Positions 12,062 to 24,016 of a stretch of DNA of 64,000 nucleotides are shown here, piece after piece. How positions within the stretch are numbered: position 1 is the first letter of the stretch; each line of letters opens with the position of its first letter. The stretch lies in contig NC_043013.1 of assembly GCF_006345805.1 (NCBI RefSeq), positions 26,970,001 through 27,034,000 on the forward strand, in the 5' to 3' direction. This DNA is from Octopus sinensis (Eukaryota). The notes below the pieces were generated by a model. That model searched no databases and was not told the origin of the DNA. It was given only the letters and a program-made list of their open reading frames with translations. Both the position numbers and the translations under genes were made by a program.

Positions 12062-13325
12062 AGAGTAAAAGGCAGACTGTATGATGCATGTGTACGAACA
12101 GCCATGCTACATGGCAGTGAAACATGGGCCGTGACTGCTGAGGACATGCGTAAGCTTGCAAGAAATGAAGCTAGTATGCTCCGTTGGATGTGTAATGTCA
12201 GTGTTCATAGTCGACAGAGTGTAAGTACCTTGAGAGAAAAGTTGGACCTAAGAGGCATCAGATGTTGTGTGCAAGAGAGACGATTGCGCTGGTATGGTCA
12301 TGTGGTGAGAATGGATGAAGATAGGTGTGTGAAAAAGTGGCACACCTTGGCAGTTGAGGGGACCTGTGGAAGAGGTAGACCCAGGAAAACCTGGGTCGAG
12401 GTGGTGAAGCACGACCTTCGAACTCTAGGTCTCACCAAGGAAATGACCAGAGACCGAGACCTATGGAAGTATGCTGTGCGTGAGAAGACCCGGCAAGACC
12501 AGTGAGAACAATCACAATCAAATCATATATCAGAAAGCAAGGGTTAAGTGACCCATCCATTCGTGTCCGCTGTCAGCCTCGTCTGGCACCCGTGCTGGTG
12601 ATACGTAAAAGCACCATTCGCTCGTGGCCGTTTGCCAGCTCTGCCTGGCCCCCGTGTCGGTGGCACGTAAAAGCACCATCCGTTCGTGTTCGTTGCCAGC
12701 CTCGCCTGGCCCCGTGCCGGTGACATGTAAAAGCACCGTCCGTTCGTGGCCGTTTGCCAGCTCTGTCTGGCCCCGTGTCGGTGGCACGTAAAAGCACCAT
12801 CCGTTGCCAGCCTCGGCTGGCCCCCGTGCCGGTGACACGTAAAAGCACCGTCCATTCGTGGCCGTTTGCCAGCTCTGTCTGGCCCCGTGTCGGTGGCACG
12901 TAAAAGCACCATCCGTTCGTGTTCGTTGTCAGCCTCGGCTGGCCCCCGTGCCGGTGACACGTAAAGGCACCGTCTGTTCGTGGCCGTTTGCCAGCTCTGT
13001 CTGGCCCCGTGTCGGTGGCACGTAAAAGCACCATCCGTTCGTGTCCATTGCCAGCATCGCCTGGCCCCGTGCCGGTGACACGTAAAAGCACCATCCATTC
13101 GTGGCCGTTCGCCAGCTCTGTCTGGCACCTGTGCAGGTGGCACGTAAAAAACACCCACTACACTCGCGGAGTGGTTGGCATTAGGAAGGGCATCCAGCCA
13201 TAGAAACACTGCCAGATCTGACTGGGCCTGACGAAGCCTTCCAGCTTCACAGACCCCAGTTGACCCGTCCAACCCATGCTAGCATGGAAAGCGGACGCTA
13301 AATGATGATGATGATGATGATGATG
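12062..13325 (+). mobile_element. 5'-truncated RTE-clade LINE: ORF2 C-terminus, 3' UTR tandem array and (GAT)n tail
   Basis: KGRLYDACVRTAMLHGSETWA...RRLRWYGHVVRM...GRGRPRKTW is a typical RTE ORF2 end (stop at 12505). Confidence 0.9.
12553..13155 (+). repeat. GC-rich minisatellite of 10 units of ~60 bp in alternating A/B dimers, within the RTE 3' UTR
   Basis: GTAAAAGCACC-like motif at 12605, 12667, 12727, 12788, 12839, 12900, 12961, 13022, 13082 and 13144. Confidence 0.95.
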
Positions 13326-15609
13326 ATATGCCAGGCTTGTCTCAGTTTCTGTCTGTCAAATACACTGACAAATGTTTGGTCTGCCAAGAGTTGTAGTAGA
13401 AGTCACTTGCCCTAGGTCTCACACAATGGGACTGAACTTTGAATCATGTGGTATGGAATCAAACTTCTTACCACACACTGACACGTGTGCCTAAATGGGT
13501 ATATATATATATATCAATAGAACAGCTTGCTCATGAAATTAATGTGCAAGTGGCTGAGCACTCCACAGTAGTTCTCAGGGAGATTCAGCATGACACAGAG
13601 TGTGACAAGGGTGGCCCTTTGAAATACAGGTACCACTCATTTTTGCCAGCTGAGTGGACTGGAGCAATGTGAAATAAAGTGTCTTGTTCAAGGATACAAC
13701 ATGTCAGTGGGAATTGAACTCACAACCTTATGATCATGAAGCAAATGCCCTAACTACTAAGCCATGCACCTTCACACACACACACACATACATGGGTGGG
13801 ACATGTATGTGAATATACATTTATCTATGAAATATGTATAATAATCTATATATAAATATGTACGTGAATGTGTGTGCATGTATGTATAAATTTATACTCT
13901 TTGATTAGTAAAATGATTATCTTGGTTGCTGGAATATATTATCCTTCAATGAACACAGCAGACGAAATTCTTATCATTTCAAAACAACAATTTTACCCCC
14001 TGGACTTTACCAAAATAAGTTATTTCTAAATTTGACTACATTTTTTACATCTTCTAATCAAAAATTTCAAATAGAATTAGCAACATCTTCATATATCTTC
14101 ATGTGTGTATGTGTGCATGCATGTGTGTGCTTAACTCTTTTAGCAAGACCTTTTTTCAGAAATATATATTCATTTAAATAATCGTCTTTTATCTTAAGCA
14201 ATAGCTGAAAGAACTCCTGGGCATAGCTTACAATAAGTATGTCATTATGTCTTATTCTTAGAATTCAAACGTGCTACAACTTGAAGCCTGTGGAGGCACA
14301 GGGCTTAGTCGTTGGGTTGTAGGAGTTGTGATCATAAGATTGTGGTTTTGATTATTGGACTGGACGATATGTTGTGTCCTTGAGCAAGACAATTCTTTCC
14401 ACACTGCTTCAGATCATTCTCCAGGGAGAAATATATACACCAGAGAAACCAAGAAACCATCCCTATGCTCCTTATGGAGTAAAGCAGACTAACTGTATCT
14501 TAAACCGTAGGATTTTTAGAGAATTGGATATAAGTGATAGAGGAGAGATCGTGATGCTAGTGAAATTAAGCTGGTATGTAAGTGGCAACTTCAGGTAAAG
14601 TATTATACATGAAGAAGCCTAATAAGTTTAAAATAATCAATCAATACTCATTAAATGTTAATTGATATTTCACAATATTCTTTAACCCTTTAGCAATATC
14701 AGGCTCAGATATTTTACCTGTTTCACCTTTTAAAATAATCTCTACAGATATTCTATATTTGGTGGCTATTCAAGCAATGTGTTTGTGGATGGTTAATGAT
14801 TTGGATATGATGTGGAGGAAGGAGCATTAACTCCTGAAATGTCCATACACACCCATTACCTATTTTTGTAGCTTTGATCATATTGTTTACATAGACATAT
14901 TCATATATGAAATGTAACTTTCAGTGCTGGCTCTAGTCTGTAAAGAAAATCTGTAGAGATAACTTTAAAAAGTCATTTAATTGCACTGCTAACACAGGTA
15001 GGACATGATATTGACTTATAAAGCCTTTAATGTACTTCGTAGTATATCAGGGTTGCAGTGTCTCTACCAGCAGTTAATATTTACCTGCTCCATAAAAATA
15101 TCTCTCTCTCTCTCTCTCTCTAATATATATATATATTATATATATATATTGTTTGTAGAAAATATTTATCTGGAGAAGAAGCATACTCTAAGATGTAGAG
15201 CAGTGTATATATAAATGGATTTATGGGATTACCCTGGGTTTCTCATCCAGAGTAACCCCATAACTGGCCTCCACCATTTATATATATATATATATACTCA
15301 CACACATACATATGTGTATGCATGTATATATACATATATATATATATGAAGTAGGTAAATACATGAGAGGGTGCCAAAAAATCCTTGCTTCAAGGATATC
15401 ACAAAATGCCCGATTGGAGGTCCAACATTCTGAGTTTTTTTACAGGGCTTAGAAATACTAAAGGACTGCTGCAATAAGTGTGTGAATCTAAGAGGGGAAT
15501 ATGTTGAACAAAATCATAATTAACTGATCCTCCTGTATTTTCTTTTACCCAAAGCCAGGAATTTTCTCTCCCCACCCCCCACTTCCCTGTGTATGTGTGT
15601 GTGTGTATA

Positions 15610-15643
<34 letters not shown>

Positions 15644-18009
15644 CCCATCAAAAGCTGCAATTCTTGAGAATTTCCTCTCTGTTCACATACATGTCTGGAA
15701 AATTCCCAAGTTGTAATTTTCCTACAGAAATTCATTGAATATTTAAAAAAACCTTCTTTAGAGAGACAAAAATATTGCAAACTGTGCCAAAAGAATAAAG
15801 TGCCACTTGTGAACTACAAACACTGCAAACTTAATGAGTCTCTTGTTCCATGTTTAAGAGCTTTAGCTCATAACATCTCATTTTAAAAATCCTTTTAATG
15901 TTTTATCAATGTTTTCAAAATAAATTTTATGATTAATAAGTATTTACATTTTTATGTTTTTTAACTCTTTATTGAAACTGTGACATTAAATAATAATTTG
16001 TCATCAGTGAGACTGTTACTTAATCAATTGCACAGAGGTGAATTTGTTAATCGGTCACTAGCTGGAGACTCTATTGTCACCTGTAAAATGATGATGGTCA
16101 GTTTTCCTAACATGCGTCAGTAGAATTTCACATGAATCTGAAGAATTTGCTTACATCATTCAGTGGAATTCCAAACTGAACATCAATTATATTAACCTCA
16201 CCAATTTAGGAGAAACTGCAAAGGTAATGTGTGAATGCTGATGCTTCTTACTTAGAATAAATATATTTAAAATGTGATTTTTCTCCTAATTCCTCTCATT
16301 GTGGAATCATTCTTTATTTCATTTCTCAATAAGAGAGGAATAAGGAATCATGAAAAAAACCCATTCCGTACAATATGTCAATGGTACAGCGACAGTGATA
16401 TGCAACTTTGTTGCAGAGAATATTGTCATTTTAACAGACATTATCATAATGGATGTGAGGCAGCTCCCTCAAGTCTCTTATGTAATGTGCGCGTGTGAGT
16501 GTCTTCATAATGTATATAATGCACCAACTAACATGTTATTGAATGTCAAATGCAGCTACAAAAATGATATTACATTCATATAAGCTGCAGCATCTAGCCA
16601 ACCATTTCTCTCTTTTGAATTCTTTTAGCAATTAGACCATTTGTGATGTCTCGTGATTGCGACCATTTTCGATAAGCTGGCATTAGGATTAAGCAATATA
16701 TTTTCAGAGAGATTTTTCAACTGTGCAAGTAATTTTATGTCTATCAACAATCAAATCTCTCAGAATAGAAATGGTCTATGTTAGCTGTGGTCTTTTATAA
16801 CATTCTCTTATTTTTCTTTTTTTTTATCTATAACAAAATGACAGATAGCGAACATAATTATTGATTTTCAATATTTCGTTTTTATCTCAACTTGCATGAG
16901 TCTTAGTCCCCATTTTGTTTTTAAATAAATACTTATTTTGAAAGATATTTAAAGCTGAGAAGTGACTTGTAGACATAAAAATCAACATTTATGTAACAGT
17001 TTTGTTTTAAAACATTCTAATACTGTTCTGAATCCATTAACTTTTAAATAAAAGACATAGACAAGCACTGAAAGAGCATTGCAGAATGCAAATCTTCTTA
17101 TTTCTTCTTATTTCCTACAATCTCAAGTTAAGAAGAATTAGGCAAAGCTAAATATGTCTCTTGTTTATAATAATTTCCTCCCCTGGTATGAGACCTTGAA
17201 TTTGCTTGGAAAGGAAGGGGTCAATGGATAATTGACTTGATGTAACATAAGACAATATAAGGTCCACTAAGACCTGAGGAGTTTTTATTGTGTTTGTGGT
17301 GACTGTTGTCAATGCTGCTGTTGTTTAGCCCTTCATTGAGTAAATCTATGATCAAAGGCATCCCAGCTTTTCATGTTTATCAGGGATTACATTGTCTAAT
17401 GTACACTTCTTTATTTAAGACAACAATGCATGATTTGTGTGAGATTTGGCTGCTATTTCTAGCAGATTCAGCAACTACACAGAGAGCTGGTGCTTAGATC
17501 AGGTTTCATACTGAGAAGTGGATATGAAATAATCTTTCTGTTTATTGGATACCATCCTGTTGTAAGTGAAATACTTATTTTTAACTGCAAAATGGCATGA
17601 AGTAAAGTCAAATATGGTATTGTATTCAAAAACACAGTAAAATGCCTGCTGCGGATTTGAACCCCTGACCTATGAGTTGGTATCTCAGTATCTTATCAGT
17701 TTGGCCATTTTAAATCCACACAAGCAACAAGATCAACAGGAAATCCCAAATAACTTGGAAAATATTAAAACAAGAAATGTTTAGTCAACTTTCAGCATGT
17801 GTATATTTTCATTTTATTTTTATAATAATTTAGTCACATGTAGCTGAGTGATTCAGAAGTTTATGTCATGCTCATGTGGTTTCTGGTTCAATCCCACTGC
17901 ATGGTATATTGGGCAACTACAGCCTCAAGTTGTTCAATGCTTTGTGAATTAAATGTGGTAGAGATAAAGTGCATGGGACCCCATCAACTCTTTCTTGCTC
18001 AAAGTGTTA

Positions 18010-18540
18010 TCTCCCAAAGAGGCGTTAACTACTAAGAAATGCATGCATCCATCAGTCTGGATAGGAGGCACTTCAAACTAACTTTGTGTATTTATACCTA
18101 TTTGTCTACAGAGAAAGATTTTCTCCCTGACAAAATACAGTGAATGAATTTCTTACAGGTTCGAATTTGCTTCAAGCATGTGAACTAGTAAACAAATTAT
18201 ATTTGTTCACATCACTGCTCAGTGATTCTAGTCCATATTTTCTTATAACTGAGCTGCTGATTAGCACAGCCAGTTATTGTACTTTAACTGGAATATAAGA
18301 GAGATCTGTTGCTTGTCAGTTTGAATCATCTCTCTTTTCAGTGTCTGATGCTGAAGAGGAGATAACAACTCTCAAATGCATGCATCAGTCTGGGTAAGGA
18401 GCACTTCAAACTGATTTGGTGTCTTTGCACCTATCTGTCTGCAACAAGAAATTTTCTCCGTGATAAAATGCAGTAAATGGTTTTCTTACATTTAAATTAT
18501 CAGTTCAAATATGCCTGAAACATATTTGAACTGATAACAA
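18010..18540 (+). repeat. Partial tandem repeat (period 333 bp) with a hammerhead motif in each unit; retrozyme/Penelope pLTR-like
   Basis: AAATGCATGCATC(CATC)AGTCTGG..CACTTCAAACT..TTTCTTACA is repeated at ~18037 and ~18374. Confidence 0.65.
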
Positions 18541-19354
18541 GTTTATGTGTGTGTATATATATATGTGTGTGTGGGGGGGTGTATAAAGTGGTGGTGTTGG
18601 TTGTAGTAGTAGTAGTAGTAGTAGTATGGGAGCATGTTCTGTAACAGCATACCACCGCATCCTCCTTTTGTTGGTAATTTCCTATTCCTGGCAGATGACA
18701 CCTTTGTACCAATCAGGTAACAACCCTCCAACCCTTGGTGATTGCTGGTGAGGGTTTTACGAGGTCAGAATGCAAATCCTACCTCACCGTCTTTTATTTG
18801 ACTTTTACGACACACCAAGGAAACATTGGGTCTGTTCTTTTGATTTTGACATGTTGGTACCCACACAGTACAAAACTGATATATAATAACAAATTAAAAA
18901 AAACAATCCCCTGATAAGTAATAAAACTGTATTACATTAATGTGTAGTTTTGGGGGAGGGGCAGGGCAGGGGTCTTGTCTTAATAAAAGTGTGCAGGGAA
19001 AATCTTTTCTCTGTAATGCAATGCAATATAATTATCCCTAATCTTAATCTCTTGTATTTTCTTTGTTTCAGTCATTGGACTGTGGCCATGGTGGGGCACC
19101 ACCTTGAAGGGTTTTGTCAAACAAATCAACCACAGCAGTTTTTTTTTTAAATTTTGGAATTTATTCTATCAGTCTCTTTTGCCAAACCACTATGTTACAG
19201 AGATACAGACAAATCAACACTCGTTGTCAAGTGGTTGTGGTAAAACAAATGCAAACACACATACATACACTCACACACACATGTTTCATGAGAATACAGC
19301 ACAGATTTTAATCCCTTATACATACATACATACATACATATATACATATATATA

Positions 19355-20181
19355 CTAGCTGACATACCCAGTAATTCCTGGGAAAGCAAGACTTATCCCT
19401 TGGTTCCATTCTCATAATTGTTTCGCAAATCCAATAACAGCAATACAAAATATGTAGCCCTTTAAACAGTTTTTGTGCATTTACAGAGAATATCGAATTG
19501 TCTTATACAGGATCTTGTTTTTACAAATTCCCAATAAATTATGAATACCGAAATTGTGAAGTCAGTTATCTAATAACATGAAATTAGTTGCCCGATAGTA
19601 AGAATTCAAATAAAGTAGATCCGAAAAAGGCTTTAATGTGTTCCCAGAGTATATAGAACATAGGAGGAAATACTAATAAGGTATGTACACTAAAATCATG
19701 AAGCATGTTATGTAATAACAGGCTAATCAGATATGAGATAATAACAATTCAAAGTAAATAACTCTGCAAAGGGCTTTTGTGTTCCTAGCGGCGCTAGTGT
19801 TGGTATATTCATGAATAAGTTACTAACCGAAATAAGTGGATCTATTGTTTAGGAAAATACTATTTAGTTGTTTAATACTGGATAAATTGTGAAAATAACT
19901 CTAACAGTTCACATACTAAGAAATAAGCATACTCAATTTCACTTTTGCCAAATAATTTAGGAAAATTAATGGGTTATTTCCCTTGGTTTTTAAAATAAAA
20001 TATATTAGATATATATAAGGATCCCTTCCAGGGACCCTGTTATCGATTTTTTTTCAACAATCTGAGTATGCCATGAGGTTTCCAGATATGAGTCCTACTC
20101 ACATATCAAGTTTCATCAAAATCGATGTAGGAAGAGTTAGCTAACAACTCCACAAACAGAATTTCCCACATATGTAGTAGA
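19355..20181 (-). mobile_element. Non-autonomous Helitron
   Basis: The minus strand starts A|TC TACTACATATG and ends with hairpin CCCAGGAATTACTGGG ~8 nt before CTAG|T. It is inserted in a TA-rich microsatellite. Confidence 0.65.
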
Positions 20182-20485
20182 TATATATATATATCCACCT
20201 AAGAATCCATAAGTCAGAAAAAATATACACTTGTATATTTGTTAATAGAGTGGTTACATTATGCCACCTCTGAAGAATACAGGGTTGCATAATGAGGCTG
20301 TTATCTAATACTCCACTGAACACCTGGTGCAAAACCAATTGGTAAAGTTGGTCAAAATGGATATATAATACTGTAAACTTCAATTAATATATATGTTAAT
20401 GTTTGTTTTTATGTTATAATAAAAACGATTTTACATAAAGTTGAAGGATTACTCAATACATTTGGTAGAGTAATATACATATACA

Positions 20486-20706
20486 CAGGGTGCAGGAGAA
20501 GTAACAATCTTTTCATTTAATAACTTTTATAGTATATAAATGTTTATTTGGTAATTTTTTCTATTGAACACAAATTTATTGCATTACTTAAAGAAATGAA
20601 TAATAAACTAATGAAAAATATCACAGAAGTTTTAGGAAATAAAAAAGAAACTCAATTAAAAGCAAGAAAACTCAAATGCAAAAGGCGTTACTTCTGCCCC
20701 ACCCTG
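20486..20706. mobile_element. Tc1/mariner-type MITE
   Basis: TIRs CAGGGTGCAGGAGAAGTAAC..CTTTT / AAAAGGCGTTACTTCTGCCCCACCCTG|TA. Confidence 0.7.
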
Positions 20707-20720
20707 TATATATATATATG

Positions 20721-20790
<70 letters not shown>

Positions 20791-20812
20791 GGTATATATA
20801 TATATGTATGTA

Positions 20813-20869
<57 letters not shown>

Positions 20870-22951
20870 GAAAAGTAAAAAGAAGCAAAGAAAATGCACA
20901 CTAGGTATAGAAGTAATGGCTTTTTTTTTTTTAATAAAAACTGCTATGTTTTAATACAGACTTATCCACATGAAAGCCTGCCTAGTAAGAATGGAGTGAA
21001 TGTGTGAGCAATATATACTCAAAAATCCACGCTGATTAAAGCAGAACCCAAAAATCCATGTGCAAAACAAAGCAGTATGCAAATTAGAAGAACTATTTAT
21101 TTGTACAAATTGATAAAATACAAATACATTTACTAAATAAGGCAAAGTCACCAAACTCAGTTCGATACCTAGTCAGAACAGAACTGAATTAGAGCAATAT
21201 AACAAAAACAAAGACATTTACATACAAATAAATGATTTGAGGTGGAATTAAGGAGTACAGAAATCATTTTTATGAGTCAGTAAAGAGAGTCATACCAGTT
21301 TCCTCATCGCTGTTCACTGACTTTGAATCAACACCGATATATATATATAAATACACATACACATGCACACACACAAATACAGACATATGCACGCACACAC
21401 ACACACATACATAGCAGAAGACACTTGGGGACTGAGCCTGAAACCATGTGGTTACAAAGCGAGTTTCTCAACCACACAGCCATACCTTGGTGTAAAAAAA
21501 AAGGGGCAAATTACACCTGGAGATTTGCAGTATTTTAACAACCTGGAAGAATGAACAGGTTAAGTTGACCGTAATGGGATTAGAACTAAGAATTTGGAAA
21601 CAGTGAAACAGAATATTGTAAAGCACTCTGTCAGACACATAACTGGGTTTGTTTTTTTGTTTTTTTTTTGCCATCCACCATTCTTCATTCTAATATAATA
21701 ATGACGCACCCATGCAAAGCGTATAATTAATGCACTCATGCAAAGTCTATTATTAATGCGTTATGTTAAATGCATTCATTTAGCAATACTAACTTACAAA
21801 GAATGACTAATTTTTAAACCTTACAAATCAGTCTCGCTAAAAAATGATTACAATCAATCATAAAACAAAGTAAAGAATTCATGATTATGATATTTCTCTT
21901 GGATGTATAGATCACACATTGATGGGTTAGTGATGGTGACTAATCAGAAGAATAAAAAATAAAAAGGAAAGTTAAAAAAAAAAAAGAAACAGAACAAAAA
22001 AGGTAACCTCAAGTGACTTAATGGAGAATGTGAATTTAGGTGTCTGTAATATCTGAGAAGAGTTATTATTATTCTTGTTTGTTTTGCTTTGTTGTTTTTT
22101 GTTCTTTTTTTTACTTTAAATTTTTATATTGCATTTTGTGAAACTATTGCATCTCTAGTAACAGATTTCTAATGGACCAATCATTGGCTCACTACATGTA
22201 CGATAGCAACAGTGACAAGGGAACATCTGTGCAACTCAGCAGAATAGAATACCACAAGGCATTTTCATTTGAAAGCATTGGGTTTCCTTTTTTTTTTTTA
22301 TTAGTAGAGGGATTTGGGGGATTTTTTTTTTTTTTAGTTTTCTCTTTCTGCTATTGCAATGCTCCTGAGTACTGTATACAATAAGCTCGTTATTATCTTT
22401 CACAGATATATAGCAACAAAAGACACAGACGCACACACGCGGACATGCTATGTATGTGTGTGTGTATACATACATACATATCTATCTGTCTGTCTATCTA
22501 TTTATTTATCTATCTACCTATCTATATATATATATATTTCTTTATTGCCCACAAGGGGCTAAATATAGAGGGGACAAACAAGGACAGACAAAGGGATTAA
22601 GTCATTTACATCGACCCCAGTGCGTAACTGGTACTTTATTTATCGACCCCGAAAGGATGGAAGGCAAAGTCGGCCTCGGCGGAATTTGAACTCAGAACGT
22701 AACGACAGACGAAATACGGCTACGCATTTCGCCCGGTGTGCTAACGTTTCTGCCAGCTCGCCGCCTTATATATATACACACTATATATATACACACACAC
22801 ACACATACACATATATATATATATATAATTTGCAAGATAAGGGCAGAAGAAAAATTCTAATGCCAGATACGCCGAAACAAACAATTGTCGATAACCATTA
22901 AATTTATGCGTCTCAAAACAAACCGATAGAAATCTCTAAAAGATTCGTTAT

Positions 22952-23010
22952 TACCGTATTGGTCCAATTTCAGGGTTAATTCACAAGAAATTTTCCCCTC
23001 TTCAGCGGCA
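22952..23010 (-). ncRNA. Type I hammerhead ribozyme with intact core, in a Penelope-like fragment (~22830-23050)
   Basis: Minus strand: UGCCG-CUGAAGA-GGGG(..)CCCU-GAA-AUUG GAC CAAU-A-CGGUA. Stems I, II and III all pair, with an AUA cleavage triplet. Confidence 0.8.
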
Positions 23011-23671
23011 CATACGCGAGATGTAAATGAAATACTTATTCATACCCATGGAAGAAGCAAGCACCAAGAGTCTTACTCTTGGCACTCAGAGTTGAACTCA
23101 CAGGCTGAACACTGAGTGGCAAAAGACTGAACTGGACCAAAATGGTGTGTGTGTGTGTGATTATCCCCTCCACTGCTTGGTCAGTGGTTTTAAGCAAGTT
23201 GGACCATAGAAATTCCCAGTTCTTCTTTCTACCATTTATCTTTTACTCATATCAGTCTTTGCACTATGGTCAAGCAAATTGACCTTAGTGCTTTTTTTTT
23301 AAAGTTTGGTACTTATTTATATTTTTTATATTTTGCTTTTTTTTTTTACCAAACTGCTAAGTTATGGGGATGTAAACAAACAAACACCAGTTATCAAGTA
23401 GTGGAAGGGACAAGCACAAAGGCACATACATACATACATACATTCTTTTTACTCTAGGCACAAGGCCCGAAATTTTTGGGGAGGGAGCCAGTCGATTAGA
23501 TCGACACCAGTACACAACTGTTACTTAATTTATCGACCCCAAAAGGATGAAAGGCAAAGTCGACCTCAGCAGAATTTGAACTCAGAACGTAAAGACAGAC
23601 GAAATACCACCACGTATTTCGCCCGGCATGCTAACGTTTCTGCCTGCTCGCCGCCTTACATACATATACAT

Positions 23672-23984
23672 AACCGCCAGCTTCTATATCCAGACTATGA
23701 ATTCATATTCATACCAATAATAATTGGAGAACTAGGTTTTGTTAGTAAATGCTTAAAGGAGAATCTGGATAAACTTGATTTTCAGAAAGAGAAATTGACT
23801 GAGCTGATTCGTGCATTACAAGTGCAATCTGTAAGTGGAACAGTAAAAATATGCAAGACTTTTCTCAAATTCCAAATGTGAATTTGTCTGCGTTAACTAC
23901 ATCCCAAAGACGGAGCTTTGTATCTTTGTTGGAAACTGGTTCCTGCCTCAGTGGAAGATTTATGATAATTAAAATATAGAAGAG

Positions 23985-23985
<1 letters not shown>
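23672..23985 (+). mobile_element. 3' end of an R4/Dong-like (restriction-like endonuclease) non-LTR retrotransposon
   Basis: QLLYPDYEFIFIPIIIGELGFVSKCLKENLDKLDF...LQVQSVSGTVKICKTFLKF* matches the P-I-I-I-G-x-L-G...GT RLE C-terminal pattern. Stop at 23881. Confidence 0.75.

Positions 23986-24016
<31 letters not shown>

Noticed and set aside
12553-13155. CRISPR array or coding repeat (ORFs of 242 and 193 aa)
   Set aside because: The segments between motifs are themselves repeated rather than unique spacers, there are no cas genes, and the context is a eukaryotic LINE 3' UTR. The ORFs result from stop-poor GC-rich repeats.
16024-16088. Possible minus-strand terminal exon (TTTTACAG|VTIESPASDRLTNSPLCN*)
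   Set aside because: Too short, with no recognisable homology and no linked upstream exon.
17643-17710. tRNA gene on the minus strand
   Set aside because: It has A/B-box-like motifs but no acceptor stem and a poor T stem. More likely a decayed SINE head.
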